A DNA stretch of 59,172 bases, filler included, from Stramenopiles sp. TOSAG23-2 (taxonomy: Eukaryota): assembly GCA_900128395.1 (NCBI GenBank). It is 4 parts of 4 records of this genome, joined end to end, with 100 filler letters (N's around TTAATTAATTAA, not from the genome) between each part and the next. Parts side by side here need not be neighbours in the genome. Positions count along the whole stretch, not along the records: positions 29,726 to 44,401 come from LT649748.1; 3 more parts are not named here. One strand, written 5' to 3'. The number at the start of each line of letters is the position of its first letter. Position 1 is the first letter of the stretch. Both the position numbers and the translations under genes were made by a program. This document shows, piece after piece, positions 30,923 to 40,602 of the stretch. A model generated the notes under the pieces. It had not been told where the DNA came from and made no database searches. It worked only from the letters and a program-made list of their open reading frames with translations.

Positions 30923-32890
30923 ATGTATAACGATAAATATGATGAGTCGAAACAATTTTTAACAACTAAGGAAGAAAATGGGATTTTAGAAAGAGACATA
31001 GCGTTAATTGAATTCAATAAAAACAACAATAATACTAATAATACCCATTCTAATAATCATGCTGAAGTTACACCAGTTAGAAACACAGACGATGAAGGTA
31101 TATTGGGTCCAGATGGCAAGCTCAAAAATGATGATTGTTGTGGTAGATGCCACGTTGTATGTATTGCTATATTTTTTACTCTTCTTATTGGTTTAACAAT
31201 AGTCTTTGCTTCTGCTGCTGGTCCGCCGAAATTGCATTTTTCAAATGCACTCGGTAGCAGTATGGTCTTATCAAGGAATGGATCTGTTATTTGGGGATAC
31301 AGTCCTAATAAACAGGACAAAATCGATATTTATCTCAGCGATAAGCTGATTGGTACAGTAATTGCTGATTACGCAGTCCCATATTCCTGGAAAGATGATG
31401 TGTATGAATGGCAATTTGCTATACCTGCCTTGAAACCGGATGAAAGTGTTTTTGGCCCACATACAATAATTGTGGAAGGTCGAGGTAATGAAGATGAAGG
31501 AAAAGTTAAAGCAAAACTGGAAGATATTTATTTTGGCGAAACATTTTTATGTAGTGGTCAGTCTAATATGGAATTTACAGTTGGTAGTCAACTCAATGCA
31601 ACCGAGGAATTGAAAAAAGTTCAATCTGGTCAATATGATCTTGTAAGATTCATGGTAGCCGGTGCATTAAATACAGGTTCTTTCATGGATCATCCAACTC
31701 CAGAATTTGCTAGTGTTGTTATTAGTTGGACAAAACCATTGGAAAAATATTTCATAACAAAAGATTGTAAAGTAAATGATGGAACAAAATGGAATAATGG
31801 AATAAGTGCAGTGTGTTGGGATTTTGGACGTCGTTTGTATGAGGAAAATGGTAAAAAATTACCCATCGGCTTAGTTGATAGTTCTTACGGTGGTACGTCT
31901 ATGTCATATTGGAGTACGCCGGAAAGTATCCAAACTTGTAGTGATTTCACAGGTTATTATACCTGTACATCACCATCTTCACCTAAGGAAAAATCAGATG
32001 ACAATAATAATGGTAACAACGATGAACAGGAAAAACGAATGAATACGCCACCGGCTAGTCCAGCACCATTTGGCACATGTTCGGGTTTATACAATGGTAT
32101 GATATTCCCTTTGCGTCATATGATCTTTTCTGGTATTGCATGGTATCAAGGTGAAAATGATGTTCCTCAAGATGGTAATACCGATTATTTTAAATGTGCT
32201 TTTAAAGAAATAATAAAAACAACTTTTAGAAATACTTTTGGTACAAATATGCCATTTGTTGCTGTTCAATTAGCCCCTTATAATAATGTTGAGCATGTAG
32301 CAGATGCATTGCCAAATACGAGAGCTGTTCAACAAGATGTTGTTGATGAAGAGACTGTATCTACAGCTCTTGTTACTACAATTGATTTAGGTGATTCCAA
32401 TTCAGATTGTGCTAGTGGTGATATACATCCACGACATAAAGAAGAAGTAGGCGAACGTTTATCACGCTTTTTCATGTATTATACTTTTAAAGCTTCAGCA
32501 ACAGTATTGCCACTTGCCCCTGTAGCATCTAATTGCGTGTTAACTGAAGACGACATTACCATTGTGTTTAATATGGATTTATCATCCGATTCCCCAACAG
32601 TACCTACAGCTTGCCATGATGCAACTACGAAACCGGAAAGAGCTGGTGGTAGATGTGTGCCAAGTGGTTATGAAGTGTTTTATAATAATAAATGGGAAAT
32701 GATTTCCAAAGATGATTCCACTGTAACAAAAATAAGTGATCAAACTATTAGATTGTCAGTGCCAAATTCGAAAGTATGGCCATCTGGTACATCTATTCGA
32801 TATGCATGGAGTGATTTTCCAGCAATTTCATTATATTCCAAACATTTAAAAACACCATTATCGCAATTTGTTGTCGTTTGTAAACGGTGA
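30923..32890 (+). CDS. Sialate O-acetylesterase-like SGNH esterase, type II membrane protein
   Basis: FGETFLCSGQSNM, ISAVCWDFG, PIGLVDSSYGGT, LYNGMIFPL, WYQGEND, VQLAPY, DIHPRHKEEVGERL, RYAW; single TM near aa 75-98. Confidence 0.9.
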   Translation: MYNDKYDESKQFLTTKEENGILERDIALIEFNKNNNNTNNTHSNNHAEVTPVRNTDDEGILGPDGKLKNDDCCGRCHVVCIAIFFTLLIGLTIVFASAAGPPKLHFSNALGSSMVLSRNGSVIWGYSPNKQDKIDIYLSDKLIGTVIADYAVPYSWKDDVYEWQFAIPALKPDESVFGPHTIIVEGRGNEDEGKVKAKLEDIYFGETFLCSGQSNMEFTVGSQLNATEELKKVQSGQYDLVRFMVAGALNTGSFMDHPTPEFASVVISWTKPLEKYFITKDCKVNDGTKWNNGISAVCWDFGRRLYEENGKKLPIGLVDSSYGGTSMSYWSTPESIQTCSDFTGYYTCTSPSSPKEKSDDNNNGNNDEQEKRMNTPPASPAPFGTCSGLYNGMIFPLRHMIFSGIAWYQGENDVPQDGNTDYFKCAFKEIIKTTFRNTFGTNMPFVAVQLAPYNNVEHVADALPNTRAVQQDVVDEETVSTALVTTIDLGDSNSDCASGDIHPRHKEEVGERLSRFFMYYTFKASATVLPLAPVASNCVLTEDDITIVFNMDLSSDSPTVPTACHDATTKPERAGGRCVPSGYEVFYNNKWEMISKDDSTVTKISDQTIRLSVPNSKVWPSGTSIRYAWSDFPAISLYSKHLKTPLSQFVVVCKR

Positions 32891-33170
32891 GATATGTGTA
32901 TATAATAATTATCATTACTATGCATATCATATGCATATAATATATGCATATCAGCTTTTCGTGTACCCCGTCTCTATATTATTGATTACGTCGTACGAGT
33001 ACGAATTTCATACGCGTATATTATAAAAAAAAATGTACGGAAGCGTAAAAATTATAAAATAAATTAATATATATATATATATATAAAATTGTAAAATATG
33101 TACGAGTATATAATACGAAAATTTTTACGACACGCCGAAAGGCTCCCCTACTAATAATTTCAATAAAATT

Positions 33171-33953
33171 TTACAATTCCAATTTATGTATTTCATCGTC
33201 TCTCATCTCTGTAATGTTGTCTAAATTATTCCACCATTTTGGTATTAAAAATGTTGTTGAGATTAATTCAAACCATGGTGCAATTTTTATTGCTGAAACG
33301 TTGTCTCCCTCGTCTGTTTCATTCTTCTTTTTCTTTTCATTATTATTTATATTCACACTATTATTCTTATTTTTATTATTAAACATTGTTTGCAATTCAT
33401 CTGCAGATACCCATTTAATTGCTTGCACTTCATTAGGATTTGGCTTTACAATTACATCATTTTTTGGTCTTAAAATCAAAACATGGTCAATCTCATGCTC
33501 GCCCCATTTCCCATCGTCACACGGAGCGCTATAATGTATACGGGTAACAAATTCAAAATCATCAATAGGCAGTTGATCACTTGTTATCCCTAGCTCTTGT
33601 TTCAATTTTCGTATAGCTGCTCTTTTGACACCTAAATCATTTGTACGCTCCATTTCATCCTCCGTATGCCATGGGTGGCTACAACAAGTATTTGCCCAAT
33701 AATCTGGAAATGTAATTTTCGAACCAGCACGTTGTTGTAATAAAAGTTTGTTTTCCTTATTGATCAAAAATACGCTAAACGCACGATGTAATAGCTTTTC
33801 ACCACTTATGATATTTTCCCAAACGTGTAAATCTACTTTTGACCTTGGCCCAATTGGTTCATCTTGCTCATTGACTTGTATACATAACTCCTTCAACATT
33901 TTCACTTGTTCCTCATCCAATTTCGCTAAATCTGCTTGAATTTTATCTGCCAT
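33171..33953 (-). CDS. IDI1: Isopentenyl-diphosphate delta-isomerase, type 1 (Nudix)
   Basis: LLHRAFSVFL, LLLQQRAGSKITFPDYWANTCCSHP, AAIRKLKQELGI, WGEHEIDH, PNPNEV. Confidence 0.95.
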   Translation of the reverse strand: MADKIQADLAKLDEEQVKMLKELCIQVNEQDEPIGPRSKVDLHVWENIISGEKLLHRAFSVFLINKENKLLLQQRAGSKITFPDYWANTCCSHPWHTEDEMERTNDLGVKRAAIRKLKQELGITSDQLPIDDFEFVTRIHYSAPCDDGKWGEHEIDHVLILRPKNDVIVKPNPNEVQAIKWVSADELQTMFNNKNKNNSVNINNNEKKKKNETDEGDNVSAIKIAPWFELISTTFLIPKWWNNLDNITEMRDDEIHKLEL

Positions 33954-34607
33954 ATTTACCCGATAATTATGTAAATATATTATATGTATGTATATATATA
34001 TATATAGGGAGAGGGGTAGAGCTTATACTATATTCTTTTATCCTTTTTTATAATAGTTCTTCTTTTCTATTTCTATATCTATCTTACAAATTAATAATAC
34101 ATATAGACTATTTATTTATTTTTTTATTATTTATGATGTTCAGCACTTCTTGTTGCTCTTCTGCACTTCTTCTTGATGTAGTAAGTAATGCACTATAATA
34201 AGTTGTTGCTATGGCTATAGTAGCTAATATTACCACCACCCCACCACTAGAGAGGATCCGCTCTAGCCACCACACAGGTATAAGCTTATGGTGTTGTTTT
34301 TATTTTTGTTTGTGGGTGGTGTTTGTGTCTTCGCTGCGCTCATATTTTAAGGTATGGGCTGTAGCAGGGAAGAACGAAGGGAATCGAGTAGTGTTTGTGG
34401 TGCGTGGTGTTTTGCTGTGGCGATACGTGTTTGATAGGAGTACTTGAGGACATTTATACTTTAACTTATGGTATAATACTATAGATAAAATAATAGAAAA
34501 AAATATGAAAAATAATATTTCACTCTCTCACGCAAAAGTAAGAGGCAAGAGGCAGGCTATTAATGCATATATGTTTGCATTCTATGGACATGCGCGTTAG
34601 CTTCTTC

Positions 34608-37600
34608 TTATACATTATCTTCTTGATTGTGTAAATATCGTGTACTGCTACTACTACTTGTACGACGTTGTAATTTTAATGGATCAAAGGATTGCAATTT
34701 AAAACCAATCGATTGATTTTCTAAATTATTATTATTGTTGTTGCCATTATCATTACTATTCTTGCGATTACCAACAAGATGGATTGGAGAAAACGCATCT
34801 TCATCATCTACAATACTATTGGCATTCTTTTTATTCATAAGTTCAATATTTAAAGGTGACATCTTATTCGTGCCTACACGTTGTAGGCGTTCCTCGAATG
34901 ATAAGGTTTCTATATTATCATGATTGTCACGTTTACTTCCAACAACATCTGTTGTTGCATTATTCATGGATTCAATTTCATCAATCGTATATGGTTGAAC
35001 ACGTTTATAATTACTTCGACTTGTTGATTTATTTACAATTGTTGCTTTATTTCTACCACTACTACTACTACTACTATTGTTATTATTTAACGATCTTCGT
35101 AACAATACCTTTTGAACTAATTGATCCGTCTCTTCCGGGCTTAATAATTCAGGATATAGTAATTTGCCACCACCTGGTGTTGGTGCAGCAGCTGGTGCAG
35201 ATTTTCTAACATTACTATTACGATTACCTCTGGTCGGTGTAACAAATCGACCATCAATAGCAGACAACGTATTATTGTTACTGTAGTTGTTGCTACTACT
35301 GTCATCGCTATTATTATATGCGCCACCTCGCTTGGGAGTTTTTAAAAGGATCTGTTCATATTTTTGATGTGGTCCCATTTCTTCCTCATTGGATTTTTCA
35401 CCACCGAATTGATTTGAAATTTGTAAAGAAGTGATTGATTTTCGTAATTGGATCATATTTTCATTTAAATTTCGTTTCTCAAATTGTAACTTTTCAATAT
35501 ACTCTTGTTGTCGACTAATGGTTGTTTCATATTTACCAGCTTTTTCTTCTAAATATATTTCTTGGTTTCTAGCATATTCTTCTTTCACTCGGACCATTTT
35601 CTCCATATGCTTCGTCTTTAATTCAACCATATTTCGTTGATGTTGCAATTGCATCGACGTGATGTCATCTTCATACATTGAACTTTTTTCATCCATTAAT
35701 TGTTTAATTTCTAAACGATGTTGAGCTTTAATTTTTTCAATCTCTTCTTCGTATCTAGACTTATGTTTGTTGTTATTGTTCTTGTTACTATCTTTTGTCA
35801 ACGAAGAGGCCACTTTTAAATTTTCAATCTCAATTAATTTTTCTAACTTTTCTAAACGTAACGTTGTTTGTTTTAATTTTTCCTGCAATCGTTTATTGTT
35901 AATAGTAACTGCATGGACATTATTAGTATATTTATTGTTTCGATTATATGAACTTTGTGGTTCATATGAACGTCGTACTAATGAATTACGTTTTGATCTT
36001 TTCTTAGATGCTCTTTTACCATCTGCTGCTGTGCTTGTTGAATTATTGTTACTACTATTACGTAATTTCTTTTTTAATTCTTCTTCATGCTTAATTAATA
36101 AATTTTTCATCTCAACCTTTAAATGTTTAATATCCTTCATATGATTTTCTTTTATTCTATTCACATGAGTGGTATGTTTTTTATTCAATTCCGTTTTCAA
36201 GTCATTTTTCATTTGAATTATATTTAAATCATATTCTTTTTCAAATTGTAAAATTTTCTTTTTAAAATTACTTCGCAAAGCTGCTTTACTTGTACCAACG
36301 GCTTCTTGCAAATCTTTTTCATGTTTATTTTGCAACGCTAGTAGCTCCTTTTCATGTTTGCTTTTTAATTTTTGAATTTGATTTGTGAATATGGCATTGG
36401 AAGTGTTCTTATTACTACCTTTATCCATCGTCTTTTTAGCATCATCAGTTGCAATAGTGTTACTACTAGTATTTGTAGTCGAAATGGCAATAGTATTTGT
36501 AGCAGAAGATATTAATGTTGGATTCATCGTCATCGTTTCTGCAGTCATTGTATTTGGTCGTTTTGATATGGCTGCAACCATCTTTTCTTGTTCTAATTTT
36601 AAATTTTTAATAACTTCATTTTTTCGCATTTCACTTTCTGTAAATTTACTAATAATTAAACTTAACCCATCATCTTTATCCGTTTTCAACGCTTTAACTT
36701 TTTCCATGTGCTCTTTCTTTAAATTATCTAACTCATTTTGTCCTTTTCGTATTAACTCTTCATAATGATGTTTCATTTTCTGTTGACTCTCTTGGTCCAT
36801 TTCCCTCGCCTTTTCTTTTTCTGCATTATTAGCCATCTCTAACCTTAATTGTTCTTCTTTAACATGGCATCGTTTTGTAACTTCTTGAACTTCTAATAAA
36901 TGTTTTTCCTTCGTCACTCGAATCTCATCTTTATATCCATTGATACTGTATATCAATTCTTCTTTGTACATATTAAATCGTTCCTCTTGTTCTTTCAATA
37001 ATATTTGATAATATTCTGGAGAATTAGCATCATCACTATCTTCAGATATTTTATCAGATACTGCTAATATAGGTGTTTGCGTAGTGATTGTGGACGATAT
37101 AACATTCTGCTTTGCGATGCTGTTATTATCAGTTATTGATGTTGATTCTGTTTGCATCATTCTATCTTGATATTGTATCTTCGTTTCATTATTATAATCA
37201 TTATTGCTATTATTATTATTATTACTATTATTATTATTATTATAATTACTTGTTGCTGTTGTTGTTGTACTAGTGGTTACAGTAGTCCCATTTGCATCTT
37301 GTAATTGTTTTCTCAATGATAAAATTTCATAATTCAGCCCTTTCATTCGTTCCTCAAAGTAGGTCTGTCTCTCATTCATTAATGTCTTTGTCTTGAATAA
37401 TTCTTGTTGGTAATTTTTATGTTTATCAATCCATGGTGTACTTGCACCATTTAATAAATTTTCATTTTCATCCATTAAAGTACGAATTTTTGTTTCTGCT
37501 TGAAATAATTTATTTTCAACTTTTGCAGTATCATTTGACAGTTTTTTAAGATGGCGTCTATCATGTGCTAGATCTAATTTTGTCTTGTTTAAATTTGTTT

Positions 37601-38744
37601 TTAATAAAGAAATTGTATTTTTAGCTGCAAGTAAATCTTCTTTTTCCATTTGATACATTTGTTTTAACTTTGCATATTTACTTTCTATTGCCGACATTTC
37701 TTTTTTATTATTCCTAACTTCTACCATTCCATTTTCTAATTGACTTTCAGCCGTACGTATACGTCCTTCATATATAATATGTTGTTGTGCTAATTGTCGA
37801 CTTAAATTATCCAATTCTCCCTGTAATACTTTTCTAATGTTTTCGTATTCTTCGCGTTGGAAATTTAATTTGTCTTTTAATTCCATTGAACCACGATAAT
37901 ACATCCTAGAACGGCGTGTTAATTCTGTAATTTTATTTTGTGTTGAAATATCACGATTTAAATTGAGATTATCATTATTACTACGATTACTTAAATTATT
38001 TTCTTGATATGACAATAATTGATCATCTAATTGAGTAAGTTTTTCTTGCAATTCTAAATTCGTTCCAATTAATTTATCGTTTTCTATTCGTAAAGCAGCA
38101 TTTTGAGAGTTTGTATGGCGCAATGTAAATTCAATACAACGCATTGCAACAGCAGCATGTGAAGCAAAGGAACGTAAACTTTCTTCAGAGGCAGATGCTG
38201 ATAAAGCTGGTAATGTTATTAATGTTTGTAACTCACGTGGTATTCCAAGTGACGTAGTAGAAACATTTGTTTTTGTAGTTGTCGATGGTCTAGTGTTGTC
38301 GCCGTTTTCTATATCTATGATATCGGTGTCCTTTTGAGTGTTCTCTGTATTGACGATATTCTTTTTATGATTGGTTACTATTGTTGGTGGCGTAGCTACG
38401 TCTGGCGATGCACACATAAAGTGCCATTTTTTCTTCGTTGTTTGTAATCGTTGTCGTTGTTTACGATGGAATAAATGTTGTTGTTGTTGCTGTTGTTGTT
38501 TCAATTGCTGTTGCTGGTGTCTTGGATAGCGATGTAACGATGACATGGATGAAGATAACGACGATGATGTTGATGGTCTTAAACCACTTTTCGTTTCGTT
38601 ATTATTCATACTATATCTATTATTATTATTATTATTATTACTATTTTGATAATTATCCATATTAATAATAGCTTCTTGAAAGTTCCATGCTTCATTAATT
38701 GATAATTTTTTAATCAATGATTCCGGATCTGGTGCTTGAGACAT
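34608..38744 (-). CDS. Large coiled-coil protein of unknown family
   Basis: 1378-aa intronless ORF with long heptad-rich segments and poly-N/Q tracts. Confidence 0.75.
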   Translation of the reverse strand: MSQAPDPESLIKKLSINEAWNFQEAIINMDNYQNSNNNNNNNRYSMNNNETKSGLRPSTSSSLSSSMSSLHRYPRHQQQQLKQQQQQQQHLFHRKQRQRLQTTKKKWHFMCASPDVATPPTIVTNHKKNIVNTENTQKDTDIIDIENGDNTRPSTTTKTNVSTTSLGIPRELQTLITLPALSASASEESLRSFASHAAVAMRCIEFTLRHTNSQNAALRIENDKLIGTNLELQEKLTQLDDQLLSYQENNLSNRSNNDNLNLNRDISTQNKITELTRRSRMYYRGSMELKDKLNFQREEYENIRKVLQGELDNLSRQLAQQHIIYEGRIRTAESQLENGMVEVRNNKKEMSAIESKYAKLKQMYQMEKEDLLAAKNTISLLKTNLNKTKLDLAHDRRHLKKLSNDTAKVENKLFQAETKIRTLMDENENLLNGASTPWIDKHKNYQQELFKTKTLMNERQTYFEERMKGLNYEILSLRKQLQDANGTTVTTSTTTTATSNYNNNNNSNNNNNSNNDYNNETKIQYQDRMMQTESTSITDNNSIAKQNVISSTITTQTPILAVSDKISEDSDDANSPEYYQILLKEQEERFNMYKEELIYSINGYKDEIRVTKEKHLLEVQEVTKRCHVKEEQLRLEMANNAEKEKAREMDQESQQKMKHHYEELIRKGQNELDNLKKEHMEKVKALKTDKDDGLSLIISKFTESEMRKNEVIKNLKLEQEKMVAAISKRPNTMTAETMTMNPTLISSATNTIAISTTNTSSNTIATDDAKKTMDKGSNKNTSNAIFTNQIQKLKSKHEKELLALQNKHEKDLQEAVGTSKAALRSNFKKKILQFEKEYDLNIIQMKNDLKTELNKKHTTHVNRIKENHMKDIKHLKVEMKNLLIKHEEELKKKLRNSSNNNSTSTAADGKRASKKRSKRNSLVRRSYEPQSSYNRNNKYTNNVHAVTINNKRLQEKLKQTTLRLEKLEKLIEIENLKVASSLTKDSNKNNNNKHKSRYEEEIEKIKAQHRLEIKQLMDEKSSMYEDDITSMQLQHQRNMVELKTKHMEKMVRVKEEYARNQEIYLEEKAGKYETTISRQQEYIEKLQFEKRNLNENMIQLRKSITSLQISNQFGGEKSNEEEMGPHQKYEQILLKTPKRGGAYNNSDDSSSNNYSNNNTLSAIDGRFVTPTRGNRNSNVRKSAPAAAPTPGGGKLLYPELLSPEETDQLVQKVLLRRSLNNNNSSSSSSGRNKATIVNKSTSRSNYKRVQPYTIDEIESMNNATTDVVGSKRDNHDNIETLSFEERLQRVGTNKMSPLNIELMNKKNANSIVDDEDAFSPIHLVGNRKNSNDNGNNNNNNLENQSIGFKLQSFDPLKLQRRTSSSSSTRYLHNQEDNV

Positions 38745-39547
38745 GACGAATATTATTATTATTATTATAAACGTGAAATAAAATTTGTTGTTTTATTTGT
38801 ATATTATATATATATGTATTTAAAATCTAAATACAACACTCCTCCTTCTTTGTATACATTTAAACTTATCTATCTAAATAATAATAAAAATTACAAAAAA
38901 AAAAAGATCTCCTCCTCCGTCGTGTTGTGTGTAGGAGTGTGTGGCCAGTTAAGATCTGTACTAATATGTATTGATCATGGTAGAAATTGCCTATCAATTT
39001 TAGCAACACCCGGGTTTGAAAATAAGGAAATAGGCATAGGCGCCAAAATATCCTTCATTTTGATGATTTGTTTAGAAAAGTAAAAGAAGTGCAATGCTGT
39101 ATACCTACTATTTAATAATCCCGATACAGCTCTATAACATATGCTTAAACAGTATAATTATTTTTGGATACCGGTTTTCGTCCTCTATCCCAATCAATTA
39201 TACAGTATCAGAGTATCGGAAACCTAGTCATACCGCCGTGCTTCATAGCTTTACACAGTATGCGCCAGGTACTGTACCATGCTGGGCATGCCCAGCATGC
39301 TACCACATAGGCTAGAGCTACCACATCAGCTTTCCATGAGCAAAATATTATAGGAGCACTAGTCGTCTTTCATCATCAGATATAAGTTACCTTTAATGAT
39401 ATGTCCATGTATATTATTATTTCTAGAAAACTTTTGCTTTTCAATGCTGATTATAACAGCAACAGAGTGATCGAAGTACACCACACCAACACTGATGATG
39501 TGGTCAGCTCAATGCTAATTAGATGCTGTATTTTCCTGGAATGATTG

Positions 39548-39612
39548 GGCTTTCTGGCTTTCCAGCTTTCCAGGCTTTCCTGGCTTTCCAGGCTTTCCAG
39601 GCTTTCCCAGGT
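39548..39612. repeat. (GGCTTTCCW)n minisatellite
   Basis: ggctttctggctttccagctttccaggctttcctggctttccaggctttccaggctttcccagg. Confidence 0.85.
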
Positions 39613-39701
39613 TTTTGGTTTGCTTTGGCAGCTGCTGCTTTGCTGGCTTTGCTTTTTGTTGGCTTTTTCTATTCTAATACTTGTGGGCACTTTGTGAAGA
39701 A

Positions 39702-39800
39702 GTGTAGCATCGCGTAGCACTGCATAATTGCAATGAAAATATGATGTAGGAAATGTGTAGCATCGTATAGCACTGCATCACTGCAATGAAATTATGAAGT
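39702..39800. repeat. Diverged direct repeat, period 53 bp
   Basis: gtgtagcatcgcgtagcactgcataattgcaatgaaaatatga / gtgtagcatcgtatagcactgcatcactgcaatgaaattatga. Confidence 0.85.
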
Positions 39801-40602
39801 GTTGTTATCATGACATCTTGTAGTAGTTAGTATATATGTAAACTTTTTCAGGAATACGATAAAATCACCATTACACCATAAGTACAAGATAGGGTCACCC
39901 GAAATAAAATCTGGTTCTCCCTCTATGCTAATTCTCGTTTTTCCATCGATTTAAAATCACTTGCAAATAACACTGCACACAATGGGAAAATAAAAAGGAA
40001 TGAATAAACATGAAAACTGTACCGAACAACATATATATCTCATCATCACAAACCACTGCAAGCATAGAAAAGGCGAGGAAAACAAATAGTTGAAATATAC
40101 ATACATATATATCGTCATATATATTTATACATACTTCAATCTTATATAAGTCAATATAATAAAGGTGTCAAAAGTTTCAATACTTTAACTTTCATATTAA
40201 AAAAGTTTCGTATAGAAATATATTGATACATTTTTATAAACTTTCTGAAAGGTCATTTTAAAAGGGCACATAGTATAGGTGGTATCTACAAGTCAACATT
40301 CTTAGAACCGTGAAAATACATATACACTTTTGTACATTATTTTATAAATATACAAAAGCAAGTATTGACATTTAAGACTGTTTAAGCTTATTGTTGGATA
40401 TCGATAACAGTGTATATTAGAATATACATATTTTGTTTTTGAAGTCATTTTCATAAGAAACATATATCATATATATTGTGAACAAATTTACTACTACGGT
40501 TCCACATATATATTTACACAAGGAGTACATCTGTCAAATTTTAGATAAAATACATACAAAACAAAACCACGAACAAAGATAATAATAATAGTACAAGGCA
40601 AG

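Noticed and set aside
39548-39800. Repeat arrays as a possible CRISPR or telomeric tract
   Set aside because: No repeat-spacer structure or cas genes, eukaryotic context, and the units are internal, degenerate and unlike TTAGGG-type repeats.
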